Assembly (NCBI GenBank): GCA_035527075.1 | Contig: DATLBE010000007.1 | Coordinates: 463 to 64,462, forward strand | Length of the DNA: 64,000 bases | Source: Nevskiaceae bacterium | GTDB taxonomy: Bacteria > Patescibacteriota > Microgenomatia > PFEM01 | Reading direction: 5' to 3' | In this document: positions 15,861-25,867 of the stretch, in pieces | Layout: each line of letters starts with the position of its first letter | Position numbering within the stretch: position 1 is the first letter of the stretch | Program-made: the position numbers and the translations under genes | Notes under the pieces: model-generated | Told to the model about the DNA's origin: nothing | Seen by the model: the letters and a program-made list of their open reading frames with translations, nothing else | The model's database searches: none

Positions 15861-18512
15861 TTAAGGCATGATGCTTCCGGGCTGAACTTCGGCAATCAGC
15901 TTTGGCTGTAATGCCTTGTCCATCTTTTTGCTTTTTGCCGGCTGTCTTTTATAAGGAACGGTGTAAAGCTTTCTTGAAAGCTTAATGATTTGATTTTTTC
16001 TTTCGTTATTAAGGCTGGTTGTCACCGGAGTGGTTACTCCTGAAAATGGTTCTTCCGGGTTAAGGGCGCTTATTTTGATGTAAAAGTTAAATGAAGGAAG
16101 GCTGGCAATCTCGCCTTTTTCAATATAGGGCGAGAATTGGGGCAGAATCAGCCTTTCATCTTCCGGGTTCGCTGTCCGAAAACAAATGACTGTTCCGGTG
16201 TTGGCTAAGATGACATTAACCAAAGACTTATCCTTAAGCTGAGAAGTGGTCTGGTGAGCCATGACCGCATTTAGCCGGTATTTCCTGGCTTCTGATAAGA
16301 TTTCAGCAAAAGCAGTCGTGGCAAAGCTTTGAAATTCGTCAACGTAAAGATAAAAATCCTTCCTGTCTTTATCAGCAACCCTGGCTCTTTTTAAAGCCGC
16401 CAGCTGGATTTTAGTCATAATTAATATTCCGAAGACCTCTGAGGAGTCCTCGCCAATTCTGCCTTTAGAAACATTGCAAAGCAAGATTTTTCCGGACGAT
16501 AATATCTCGTCAAAGTTAATGCTTGATTTTTCCTGTTCTAAAATTCTTTTGGCTATTGGTGAAAAAAGAAAGCGGCCAATTTTATTGGTAATTGGAGATA
16601 TCATTTTTACCCTTTGGTAATTGCCGGCTTTGGCAAACTCATAACGCCAAAAATCTTTCAAGTCCTCATCATCCAATCCCCAGACAATTTTTTTACGATA
16701 AGTCGTGTCGATCAGCAGTTTGTAAATGGTAAATAAGGTTGGTTTTTCCGTGGTAAAAGCAGTATGGATGGTGTTTCTTAAAATATATTCCATTCTTGGT
16801 CCAGAATATCTTTCTGAGTAGATCTTGTGAAACAGGGAGATAATGCTTTCAGTCAAAAATTCTTTTTCCCTTAATGCATCGTCTTCATTCAGCCCTGGTG
16901 TTAGCTCCAGAAGGTTTAGGCCGATCGGATAGCTGACATCGTCCGGGTTAAAATAAATGACGTCACTGGCCCTGTCTTTGGGGATGGCAGGCAGTATTTT
17001 ATCAATCAAATCTCCATGAGGATCAATCACACATAATCCTTTCTTGTTTTTAATGTCCTGCAAAATCATGGACAAAAGCAAAGTCGATTTGCCGGTGCCG
17101 GTGGCACCAAGAACATACATATGTCTTCTTCTTTCATCTTGGGTTAAGCCGATTTTAGTGACAGTGCCGCCGTAAGTGTTTTTCGCAAAGATGACATCAA
17201 AATTATCAGTCTTTTTTAAGGAAAGCGGCGCTGGCAGTTGTTTGCTGTGTTGCTTGACCAAATCTTCAGTTTTGGTTTTAAGGGTAAAAGGCAGGTGGTA
17301 AATGTCGGCTACTTCCGAAGCTGATAGAACCGAATTACCAAACAAACCAAGCAGCCTGTTTTTAAATAAGTAAGCTTTAATTTTTTTAATTAAGTCTTGC
17401 TTAAAGTTGAAAAAAGTTACTAATGACTGATAGTTGGAGTTTCTAAAAGAAGACAAGGCGGAAATAAAGCCTCTGGTGCGTTTATTTTGTTTGCCGCGAT
17501 TACTGTTAACCACCAGAAGTCGCAAAGAAGTTTTAAAAAGCTGCTGGTCAAGTTTGTCTTTAATCAGTTTTTCAAGCTCTTTTTGATAAGCGTTGCTCGC
17601 TTTTTTATTTTTATCCAACCCTTCAAGATGCAAAAATGGCCCTTCCTTACCACCAGTTGCCAAAAATACCAAAAAGCCTACCGGTATTAGGAATACATAA
17701 AAGATAAGTCTTATTAATAATCTAAATAAATTAGCCAACTTATATTTTGCTTTCATATCTTTCAAACCGATTGCCAGGTCGCTTTTTGCTGAAATCAACC
17801 TAGTGATTGTTCTGGCTTGGTTTTTAAAGCGCCTGTTGACTGGAGAAGCGATAATTTGAAAGGATATCAGCTCGCCTTTATCCAGCTTGGTCATGTTGCC
17901 GGTGATATAGGCAATGGGATCGTGTTCTTTAAGCAGTTTTTGCTTTTTTAACGGATAGGCAAAGTGGCTTGATTGCTTAAAGTTAACGATTTTAAACTGC
18001 TCGCTTGTAAATTTTTTTGATAAATAATCATTAACCTGATTAATGCTAATCCCCGGAAGATAAGAAAGAAGGCTTTTTCTGACTAATTCAGCGTCTTCAC
18101 CATTTATTCTCAGTAAATACCTAATGCCCTCTTTTTTAGTGGAAACAATTTCAAAAGCATAGCTTTTATAGCTGTCAAAAAGTTTGTAGAAAAATGATCG
18201 TTGTTTGGCCAAGCCGTGAATGAGATTAAAAAGTTGCTGGGTGGAAAGAGGGCTTTGCAGGGTTTCTGTCAATGGTCTAATTTCAAATAAAATATACTTT
18301 TGTTTTAACTCCCATCTGATAAATAGTAGCCTCAATAATGTATAGACAATTAAAAGAAAAATAAATGTTAGAACTAAAGTTACTAGCAAATCGCTGAAAA
18401 AAGAAGTATCTAGAGATTTTAGGGCTCTGTTAAAGGAAAAGTCAGCTTGAAGAGGAGGCTCAAAAAAAAGGAAGCTTTTAATAAAATCTAGTGATTCACC
18501 AAAAATCCTCAT
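15861..18512 (-). CDS. Type IV secretion coupling protein / VirD4-TraG-like ATPase (CPR type)
   Basis: RRRHMYVLGATGTGKS, VIDPHGDL, LYVDEFQ, SEARKYRL..AHQ; N-terminal TM helices. Confidence 0.9.
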   Translation of the reverse strand: MRIFGESLDFIKSFLFFEPPLQADFSFNRALKSLDTSFFSDLLVTLVLTFIFLLIVYTLLRLLFIRWELKQKYILFEIRPLTETLQSPLSTQQLFNLIHGLAKQRSFFYKLFDSYKSYAFEIVSTKKEGIRYLLRINGEDAELVRKSLLSYLPGISINQVNDYLSKKFTSEQFKIVNFKQSSHFAYPLKKQKLLKEHDPIAYITGNMTKLDKGELISFQIIASPVNRRFKNQARTITRLISAKSDLAIGLKDMKAKYKLANLFRLLIRLIFYVFLIPVGFLVFLATGGKEGPFLHLEGLDKNKKASNAYQKELEKLIKDKLDQQLFKTSLRLLVVNSNRGKQNKRTRGFISALSSFRNSNYQSLVTFFNFKQDLIKKIKAYLFKNRLLGLFGNSVLSASEVADIYHLPFTLKTKTEDLVKQHSKQLPAPLSLKKTDNFDVIFAKNTYGGTVTKIGLTQDERRRHMYVLGATGTGKSTLLLSMILQDIKNKKGLCVIDPHGDLIDKILPAIPKDRASDVIYFNPDDVSYPIGLNLLELTPGLNEDDALREKEFLTESIISLFHKIYSERYSGPRMEYILRNTIHTAFTTEKPTLFTIYKLLIDTTYRKKIVWGLDDEDLKDFWRYEFAKAGNYQRVKMISPITNKIGRFLFSPIAKRILEQEKSSINFDEILSSGKILLCNVSKGRIGEDSSEVFGILIMTKIQLAALKRARVADKDRKDFYLYVDEFQSFATTAFAEILSEARKYRLNAVMAHQTTSQLKDKSLVNVILANTGTVICFRTANPEDERLILPQFSPYIEKGEIASLPSFNFYIKISALNPEEPFSGVTTPVTTSLNNERKNQIIKLSRKLYTVPYKRQPAKSKKMDKALQPKLIAEVQPGSIMP

Positions 18513-18587
18513 AATTTACCTTTTTGGGCAGTATTATGAGGCAGGATTAGTTATTAGTATACTACATGGAATAAAGAATCGAAACAC

Positions 18588-18809
18588 CTATTCATTTCTT
18601 GCATGACAAGGCTGCTTTCTTTTTTTTAAAATTTTAATATTCAAATAAAAGTTAACCAACGAAAGGGTAATTAATATTGCTAACAAAGCGATAAGAAGCT
18701 GCCCAAGTTCGGTGCAATAAATTACAGTTTTGGGTCGAATAAGAAAATACAGACCCAGCCCTGAGAGAATTACACCGACGCAAAGCAGTTTCAATGTCAA
18801 CCTACTCAT
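18588..18809 (-). CDS. Small two-TM membrane protein
   Basis: 73-aa hydrophobic ORF. Confidence 0.5.
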   Translation of the reverse strand: MSRLTLKLLCVGVILSGLGLYFLIRPKTVIYCTELGQLLIALLAILITLSLVNFYLNIKILKKRKQPCHARNE

Positions 18810-18846
18810 TTTGATATTGACTTTGGAAGGAATTATCTTTTTTAGG

Positions 18847-19260
18847 TTATAAACTTTCGAAAAATACTATAAGCGCCTGAGTTCTGTCTTCCAGAAACCG
18901 TCTTGTTTCTTCTTCCTTCTCCCCTTTTTTTTCATTGGGTTGAGAAAATTCAGGAAGATGCCAGCAGTATGGGTTGTATCTCCTCACTATAGGATCTTGA
19001 TGTTTTGAAGAATCAATACAAGGGCCCAAAACCTCTTCCAAAACTTTCCGTTTTTCACGCATTTTCTGCTGAATTTTCTGCCTTAAAGCATGATTTGCAT
19101 GGGCAGCTCTCCATGCCTGACCCACTTGCCCAAGCAACCCATAAGAGTTTATTTTGTTCTCTCTAAAATCTTTAAGAGCACTCTCAAATTCACTGACTAC
19201 TTCCTCTTTCAGCAAAGTATGCTTTTCTAAAGTTGTGTTTCCTTTTCCTCTTTCTGTCAT
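18847..19260 (-). CDS. Hypothetical protein
   Basis: 137-aa ORF, SD GGAG upstream. Confidence 0.6.
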   Translation of the reverse strand: MTERGKGNTTLEKHTLLKEEVVSEFESALKDFRENKINSYGLLGQVGQAWRAAHANHALRQKIQQKMREKRKVLEEVLGPCIDSSKHQDPIVRRYNPYCWHLPEFSQPNEKKGEKEEETRRFLEDRTQALIVFFESL

Positions 19261-19295
19261 TTTTGTTCTCCAAAAAGTCTTTTTATCACTTTGGG

Positions 19296-19369
19296 TGGTC
19301 GTGCCTGGATTCGAACCAGGGGCCTCTTCGATGTGAACGAAGCACTCTAACCGGCTGAGCTACACGACC
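19296..19369 (-). tRNA. tRNA-Val(CAC), CCA not encoded
   Basis: GGTCGTG acceptor pairs with CACGACC; anticodon arm CTTCG-TTCACAT-CGAAG; T arm CCTGG-TTCGAAT-CCAGG. Confidence 0.97.
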
Positions 19370-19424
19370 AGCCTCTACTATTTTAACAATTTTACCCTTT
19401 ACAATCAATAAACTTGAGACTAAA

Positions 19425-20006
19425 ATGTTTAATGTGAGGCTTTTTCGGAAAATTGGTTCATTTTTTTTGGATTTAGTGGAGACGGTTGTCATGGCGATGG
19501 CTGTCTTTGTGATTATCTACCTCTTTTTGTTTCAGCCGCACCAAGTCAGAGGCAGTTCAATGTTTCCCAGCTTCCATGATGGAGAATATATTTTAACTGA
19601 TAAAATCTCTTACCGTTTAAAAGATCCCAAAAGAGGTGATGTCGTTATCTTCCGAGCCCCTCGCAACGAAGAATATGACTATATTAAAAGAATTGTTGGT
19701 TTACCAGACGATACTTTTAAAATTGAAAATGGAAAAATCTTCGTCAACAATAATCCTCTTAACGAAATTTACTTACCTACAAATCATGCTACTCTCCCTG
19801 GAAAATTCCATAAAGAAGGTGAAACCTTTGTCATTCCCAAAGACCAGTATTTTGTCTTAGGTGATAACCGCAGTCACAGTTCAGACTCAAGGGAATGGGG
19901 CTTGGTACCAAAAGAAAACATTGTCGGTAAAGCCTGGCTCCGTTATTGGCCAACAAACCGCTTCGGAATCATTCCAGAAGTTGCCTTTCAGTTTACTTAC
20001 TTGTAA
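19425..20006 (+). CDS. lepB: Signal peptidase I
   Basis: GSSMFP, YIKRIVGLP, GDNRSHSSDSR. Confidence 0.96.
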   Translation: MFNVRLFRKIGSFFLDLVETVVMAMAVFVIIYLFLFQPHQVRGSSMFPSFHDGEYILTDKISYRLKDPKRGDVVIFRAPRNEEYDYIKRIVGLPDDTFKIENGKIFVNNNPLNEIYLPTNHATLPGKFHKEGETFVIPKDQYFVLGDNRSHSSDSREWGLVPKENIVGKAWLRYWPTNRFGIIPEVAFQFTYL

Positions 20007-20820
20007 TGTTTTTGTAAATTTTCTGAAGTCTTTCCTCTGTATCAATTAAACTACCCTTGAGAACAATTAAAATTTTGGTTTGGATCCGCGAGCGGATTAA
20101 TTTAACGCCTACTGAATCATCATCACCTAAGGCTTGAGTTAGTTTTCTTGCCATTTGGTCGATTTCATCAGAAACAACTGTTGCTGATCTTACCCCAGCA
20201 GGGTGCAAAGGCTGACCAGCTTTCTTTTTCATTCGCCGAGCCACATCTTCAGTCCGCCTCACTGAGGCCTTCTCACGAAGAATAATTTTGTAAGCATCAA
20301 CCATCAGTTTTGGATTTTGAATGGCGGCCAAAGCTCGAGCATGACCTTCGCTGATTAAACCTGATAAAAGACCATCTTTTAACGCATCAGGTAAACTGAG
20401 GAGCTTGATTGAATTTGAAATGTAGGCAGGGCTTTTGCTTATTCTTTTGGCAATTTCCTTGTTGGTTAAACTAAATTCCTCCATTAACCGAATAAAAGCT
20501 TGGGCTCGTTCAAGGGGATTTAAATCTTCACGCTGAACATTTTCTACCAGTGCCATCTCCAGCATTCCTCGCGGCGAAGTTTCCCTAATAATTGTCGGTA
20601 CAGTTTTTAAACCAGCCAGTTTGGCCGCTCGCCAACGTCGCTCCCCAGCAATAATTTGATAACCAGCTGGCGTCTTAGCCACCATCAACGGTTCCAAAAT
20701 GCCATGTTCCTTAATTGATTCAACTAAATCAACCAAAGACTCAGACGTAATTAAACCTCTTGGCTGGAGAGGGTTAGCTTGAAGTGAACTAATTTCTATT
20801 TCTACAACTTGCTGAACCAT
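19993..20820 (-). CDS. parB: ParB/Spo0J partition protein
   Basis: NPLQPR, IIAGERRWRA, ENVQREDLNP, HTH. Confidence 0.95.
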   Translation of the reverse strand: MVQQVVEIEISSLQANPLQPRGLITSESLVDLVESIKEHGILEPLMVAKTPAGYQIIAGERRWRAAKLAGLKTVPTIIRETSPRGMLEMALVENVQREDLNPLERAQAFIRLMEEFSLTNKEIAKRISKSPAYISNSIKLLSLPDALKDGLLSGLISEGHARALAAIQNPKLMVDAYKIILREKASVRRTEDVARRMKKKAGQPLHPAGVRSATVVSDEIDQMARKLTQALGDDDSVGVKLIRSRIQTKILIVLKGSLIDTEERLQKIYKNITSK

Positions 20821-20823
20821 ATC

Positions 20824-21075
20824 TCAACGGGGAGAAATAGTAACTATTTTTTTGCCAAAACGTCTTTTAAACTGAACAATACCATCACGTAAAGCGAATA
20901 AAGTGAAATCGCGGCCCATACCCACGCCTGTTCCTGGATGAAATTTTGTTCCCCGCTGGCGAAGAATAATGTTACCTAGTTTTACCTTTTGGTCTCCGTA
21001 AATTTTCAGGCCCAACCTTTTTCCTGGCCGGGGACTTTGCTGTCTGGTTTTACCACTCGCCTTTGTTTTTGCCAT
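20824..21075 (-). CDS. rpmA: 50S ribosomal protein L27
   Basis: [23 protein letters not shown]. Confidence 0.97.
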   Translation of the reverse strand: MAKTKASGKTRQQSPRPGKRLGLKIYGDQKVKLGNIILRQRGTKFHPGTGVGMGRDFTLFALRDGIVQFKRRFGKKIVTISPR

Positions 21076-21149
21076 CTTAAATCTATAATAACAAACTTTT
21101 CACGAATGTCAACCACAAATTTTATAAATTCTTTGCTAAAGCTCTTTCT

Positions 21150-21368
21150 TTATAGTCGTTCTATTCCTCTTCCTCTTAAAATCTCTCTAAGTCTCCTCAA
21201 TTCTTTAAGTTCCCCTAATTCTTTCACTGTTACGGCTCCATGACTAGTTTGAGTAAAACCAACAGCAAGATCACAATTCGGACATCCAGCCCCATCCCAA
21301 AGAGTTCTGCGCGTAATAACACCACAGTCCAGGCATCGTCGATTGCGCTTCGGTATTCTTTTAGGCAT
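21150..21368 (-). CDS. Small CxxC-CxxC zinc-ribbon-like protein
   Basis: CLDC...CPNC; co-oriented between rplU and rpmA. Confidence 0.5.
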   Translation of the reverse strand: MPKRIPKRNRRCLDCGVITRRTLWDGAGCPNCDLAVGFTQTSHGAVTVKELGELKELRRLREILRGRGIERL

Positions 21369-21402
21369 TTACTTAATATTGTACCAAGACTATGGGTTGT
21401 TC

Positions 21403-21747
21403 TCAAGGAGACTTTTGGATTTTGGTTCGCGAAGCAGTAATTTTTTCGATTTTTATCTTAGTTAACAAGGGTCGGAAACCTTTAACGCGGCGGTAACGGG
21501 ATTTGGCTTTATAGGTAGCCACTCGAATTTTTTTACCCTTAAATTGTTCTAAAATTTTAGCTTCAATTTGGACGCCTTTGACCAAAGGTTGGCCAACACT
21601 AACTTTTTCACCGTCAATTAAAAGCAAAACCTGGTTAAAAGTTAACTTGCTTCCCTTTTTGCCTTCAATTTTGTCAACATCAATTTCATCACCCTCAGCG
21701 ACTTTATATTGAGAGCTACCGATTTTAATGACAGTGAACTTAGACAT
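21403..21747 (-). CDS. rplU: 50S ribosomal protein L21
   Basis: QYKVAEGD, KAKSRYRRVKGFR. Confidence 0.96.
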   Translation of the reverse strand: MSKFTVIKIGSSQYKVAEGDEIDVDKIEGKKGSKLTFNQVLLLIDGEKVSVGQPLVKGVQIEAKILEQFKGKKIRVATYKAKSRYRRVKGFRPLLTKIKIEKITASRTKIQKSP

Positions 21748-21770
21748 AGGACCTCATTATACTATCAAAC

Positions 21771-22847
21771 TCATCTAATCTCAATGATTTTTTCTCTTCC
21801 TTTTTGTTTGGCAATATTTTGGACAATCCCCAAACAAATCATCGTTGCCAACACAGAGCTACCCCCATAGGAAACAAGAGGCAAAGGAATACCGGTAACT
21901 GGCAGTAGGCCTAAATTGATAGCAATGTTGATAAAAATTTGGCTAAAAAGTAAACCAAAACAACCCACGCAAAACAAAAAACCAAAATTGTCCTTGCTTT
22001 TTTGGCTAATTGCTAAAATCCGCCAAAGCAGAAACCCAAAAGCCAAAATCAAAAAAACAGCGCCAAGAAAACCCAATTCTTCAGCCAGTGAAGCAAAAAT
22101 AAAATCCGTATGTCTTTCTGGCAAAAACTTAAGATGCGACTGAGTTCCCTTCCCCAGCCCTTTACCAAAAAATTGGCCAGAACCAACCGCTATCTTAGCT
22201 TGAATTAGATTATAACCGGTCCCTAAAGGGTCATTTAAAGGATTAAGAAAGCTTAAAATACGCAGACGTTGGTAATTTTTTAAAAAACGCCAAACTAAAG
22301 GCGGTAAAAAAAGGAACAAAATGCCTCCTAAAAGCAAAAAATGCCAGGTAATTCCAGCCGCCAAGACTATCCCTACCCAAGAGAAAATCATAACCAAAGT
22401 GCTGCCAAAATCTGGCTGAGAAAAAATTAAAAAAACTGGTATGAGCAAAAATAAAAACCCAATCACCATCTTTTTGCCTTTTACTTTTGGAGAACAAAAA
22501 AAATATGAAAAAAAGAGAATTAAAAACGGCTTGACTAACTCAGAAGGCTGGATAGTCAACGAGCCAATTTGCACCCAACGAAGCGTTCCTCGGGTAATCT
22601 CACCAAAAACAAGCGGCAAAAGAAGAAAAATTAAAGAAAGGCCAAAAAGCAGAGGCGAAATTTTAATATAAACTCGGTAATCTAATTGGCTAAAAATAAA
22701 GAAAAAAATCAGGGCCAAAAAAAGATGGGTTAGATGTTGAGTTAAAAAAGAAGAAGCCACGCTAGCCACCATCACGCTTCCAAAAATTGAAATTACCAAA
22801 GTAGCTATTAATAAAGGCCAATCAAAGTTTGAGAAAATTTTTTTCAT
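21771..22847 (-). CDS. rodA: Rod shape-determining SEDS protein RodA
   Basis: QPSELVK, QPDFG, FLPERHTDFIF, GIPLPLVSYGGSS. Confidence 0.92.
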   Translation of the reverse strand: MKKIFSNFDWPLLIATLVISIFGSVMVASVASSFLTQHLTHLFLALIFFFIFSQLDYRVYIKISPLLFGLSLIFLLLPLVFGEITRGTLRWVQIGSLTIQPSELVKPFLILFFSYFFCSPKVKGKKMVIGFLFLLIPVFLIFSQPDFGSTLVMIFSWVGIVLAAGITWHFLLLGGILFLFLPPLVWRFLKNYQRLRILSFLNPLNDPLGTGYNLIQAKIAVGSGQFFGKGLGKGTQSHLKFLPERHTDFIFASLAEELGFLGAVFLILAFGFLLWRILAISQKSKDNFGFLFCVGCFGLLFSQIFINIAINLGLLPVTGIPLPLVSYGGSSVLATMICLGIVQNIAKQKGREKIIEIR

Positions 22848-22849
22848 TG

Positions 22850-25771
22850 TTAAGCAGTCGTGATTTTTAAATTCTTGCCTGGAGAAAGTTTAACAGCCAG
22901 AACTTTTTGTTTCAGAAATTGCCTTAATTTACTTTGTTTGGGAAATTTTGGCCCAAAAACAATTATCTTTTGGCCAAGTCGACAACCAGCTTTCTTACGC
23001 AACTCCTGAATTTGACGAACCATTTCTCTAACCTCCCCTTCGGCTTTAAGTTGAGGGGTGATTTTCGTTTCAAGTTCAACAGTAAGTTCATCTTTACTTT
23101 GAGTAAATTCAACTTCCTTGACATTTAACTCCTGTTTAATTAATTGAACCAATTCACCATCTAATTTTAAGATTGTTTTAGCTTTCACTTTAATTAATTG
23201 AAGTGGCTGGCGAACTTTAATCTTCGCTTTTTTCCTGGCCGCGTGTCCTAATTCACAAATCTTCCGCACCTTTTCCATCTGCTTAAGTAATTTTGTATCC
23301 AAAACTTTAAGATTGCTCACTTCAGGCCAAGCCTCCAAATGAACCGATTTGCCACCGACTAAATTTTTGTAAATCTCCTCAGTTAAAAAGGGAATAAAAG
23401 GAGCAAGAGTTCGTGATAAAACTACTAAAACAGTATAAAGAGTACTTAGGGTTAATTCTTGGTCTTTTTTGTCTAACACGGTTGGCCCCACTCGGCCCCG
23501 AGAAAGACGAACATACCAAGTGGATAAATCATGAACCAAATTTTCAATCTCTTTAATGGCCGACACCGTATTAAAATCATCCAAACTTTCAGTCACTTTA
23601 ATAATAGTTTGGTCCAATCGAGTAAGAATCCATAAATCTAATTTTGCTGGTTTTGAGGGTAGGGAGTTTTTTGGCTGCCAACAAACAACGTTAGCATAGG
23701 TCACCAGAAAGTTATAAACGTTCCATAAAGTCAAATGAAATCGGCGTCTGACTTTATCACCGACTTTAAAACCAAAATTCAAATTTATTCTGGGATTTTG
23801 GGTTAAATACACCCAGCGCATCACATCCACACCCATTTTTTCAGCCGCTTCATTAAATTCGATTGCGTTTCCCTTTGACTTGTGCATTTCTTCTCCTTTT
23901 TCATCTCGCACCAAAGCATGGGCCAAAACAGCTCGGTATGGTTCCTTATTTTCTAAAACAGTGCCCATGGCAATTAGAGAATAAAACCAATTTTTAAATT
24001 GACCATGAAAGTTTTCGGTAATAAAGTCAGCCGGAAACCATTCCTGCCAATACTTTTTGTCCGTCATATAACTGACTTTCTTTGTTTCAGGATCAATGAA
24101 AGTGGAAAATGGCACAATACCGGCGTCGAGCCAAGGATTGCCGACGTCAGGAGCCCGAGAGACTAATTTGCCACACTCCGGGCACTTAATTTTGATTTTA
24201 TCCACCCAAGGCCGATGAGGTGAATGCCCTTCAAATTTCTGCCAACCTCCAACTGCCTTTTTTTTCAGCTCCTCTTTTGAGCCAATGATTTCAAAATGGC
24301 CGCAGGAACATTCCCAAATCGGTAAGGCCAAGCCCCAGTAGCGTTTTTTACTAATTAACCAGTCATCCATATTCTTTAACCAGTCTAGTTCTCTTTTTAA
24401 ACCAAATTCAGGCAGCCAACGGATCTTCTTGGCCACTTCAGCCATTTTTTCTCGCAGGACTCGGCTACTCCAGCCTTTTTTTCCTTGTTTGACACCCATT
24501 CTGATATACCATTCATCCACCACCCGCCAAACAAGTTCAGTTTTACAACGCCAACAAACCGGATAACGGTGAGTATAAGGTTCAATTTTAAACAAAAATC
24601 TGCCGTTGTCTTTTTTCTTTAAAAAGTTAAAAATTAATTCCGGCTTGTTTTTGGCATTTTTGCCAGTTAAATGATTAAAACCGGCAAGATAATTGGCTCC
24701 TTCATCAATGGCTGAAATGACGGGTAAATTTTCTTTTTTACCCAATTGAAAGTCTTCCTGGCCAGCTCCAGGCGCCAGATGAACAATTCCTGTACCTTCA
24801 GTGGCCGTGACCAAGTCTTTATCAAGAACAACAGTATGAAACGTTTTGGGGTTTTCCTTCTGGGCTTTTTGAACTCGTGGCAATTCATCAAAAGGACCTT
24901 CATATCGCCAGCCTTTCAACTTCTTTCCTTGATGTTCCTCAATTTGTTGCCATTCTTTCTGTAAAATTTTATTTTTTAAGTCTTTAAGAAAAATCAAAAC
25001 TTCATCACTCCCTTTTTTCTTAAAAGCCCCGTAAATAAAATCAGGATTAACGGCTAAAGCGACGTTAGCAGGAATAGTCCAAGGTGTGGTTGTCCAAATC
25101 AAAAAATATTCATTTTTTCTGTTTTTAATAGGTAATTTGAAAAAAACTGAATCATGAGTAATTTTTTTGTACTCTTCGGTTAAAATTTCGTGTTGGGAGA
25201 TGGCTGTGCCGCAACGCGGACACCAAGGGACTGAATCTCGACCTTTGTAAAGCCAGCCGTTTTGATGGCACTTTTTTAAAAAATGCCAAATCATGTAATT
25301 ATTTTCATCACTCATGGTGTAGTATGAATTGTCCCAATCCATAAAATACCCAAGTCGCTTTGATTGCTCGGTTTGGACTTGAGCAAATTTTAAAGTACGC
25401 TGTTTACATTTTTTGACAAATTTATCAATGCCATATTTCTCAATATCTTTTTTGTCCTTAAAGCCAAGTTCTTTCTCGACTTCTACCTCCACCCACAGTC
25501 CCTGATTGTCAAAGCCATTTTGAAAGCGTTGTTTAAAACCGCGCATGTTTTTATACCGCTGGAAGCAATCTTTAAGAGTCCTTCCCCAAGCATGGTGAAC
25601 GCCCATGGGGTTGTTAGCCGTAATCGGGCCATCCAAAAAAGAAAAGCGGACTTTGGCGTCTTTATTCCTCTGAAGATATTTTTTAACTACACCTGATTGA
25701 TACCACCATTTCAAAAGCTTTTTTTCAAACTTAACAAAATCAGGTTTAGCAGTCGTTGGTTTGAAAGCCAT
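22850..25771 (-). CDS. ileS: Isoleucine-tRNA ligase, type 2
   Basis: DGPITAN-GVHH, WTTTPWT, GTGIVH, EMHKSKGN. Confidence 0.96.
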   Translation of the reverse strand: MAFKPTTAKPDFVKFEKKLLKWWYQSGVVKKYLQRNKDAKVRFSFLDGPITANNPMGVHHAWGRTLKDCFQRYKNMRGFKQRFQNGFDNQGLWVEVEVEKELGFKDKKDIEKYGIDKFVKKCKQRTLKFAQVQTEQSKRLGYFMDWDNSYYTMSDENNYMIWHFLKKCHQNGWLYKGRDSVPWCPRCGTAISQHEILTEEYKKITHDSVFFKLPIKNRKNEYFLIWTTTPWTIPANVALAVNPDFIYGAFKKKGSDEVLIFLKDLKNKILQKEWQQIEEHQGKKLKGWRYEGPFDELPRVQKAQKENPKTFHTVVLDKDLVTATEGTGIVHLAPGAGQEDFQLGKKENLPVISAIDEGANYLAGFNHLTGKNAKNKPELIFNFLKKKDNGRFLFKIEPYTHRYPVCWRCKTELVWRVVDEWYIRMGVKQGKKGWSSRVLREKMAEVAKKIRWLPEFGLKRELDWLKNMDDWLISKKRYWGLALPIWECSCGHFEIIGSKEELKKKAVGGWQKFEGHSPHRPWVDKIKIKCPECGKLVSRAPDVGNPWLDAGIVPFSTFIDPETKKVSYMTDKKYWQEWFPADFITENFHGQFKNWFYSLIAMGTVLENKEPYRAVLAHALVRDEKGEEMHKSKGNAIEFNEAAEKMGVDVMRWVYLTQNPRINLNFGFKVGDKVRRRFHLTLWNVYNFLVTYANVVCWQPKNSLPSKPAKLDLWILTRLDQTIIKVTESLDDFNTVSAIKEIENLVHDLSTWYVRLSRGRVGPTVLDKKDQELTLSTLYTVLVVLSRTLAPFIPFLTEEIYKNLVGGKSVHLEAWPEVSNLKVLDTKLLKQMEKVRKICELGHAARKKAKIKVRQPLQLIKVKAKTILKLDGELVQLIKQELNVKEVEFTQSKDELTVELETKITPQLKAEGEVREMVRQIQELRKKAGCRLGQKIIVFGPKFPKQSKLRQFLKQKVLAVKLSPGKNLKITTA

Positions 25772-25867
25772 GGTTCTATTCTACAAAAAATCATCCTTAA
25801 CTTAAAGGACGATTTTTCTTAAAGCAAATTTGGTTAGTTTTATATCTTATAGTATAATAAGCCCGCT

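Noticed and set aside
1-19295. Direct repeat of the tRNA-Val 3' end marking the island boundary
   Set aside because: No copy found by eye in the window; it may lie outside
19154-19492. ORFs 19154..19336 and 19286..19492
   Set aside because: They overlap tRNA-Val; shadow frames
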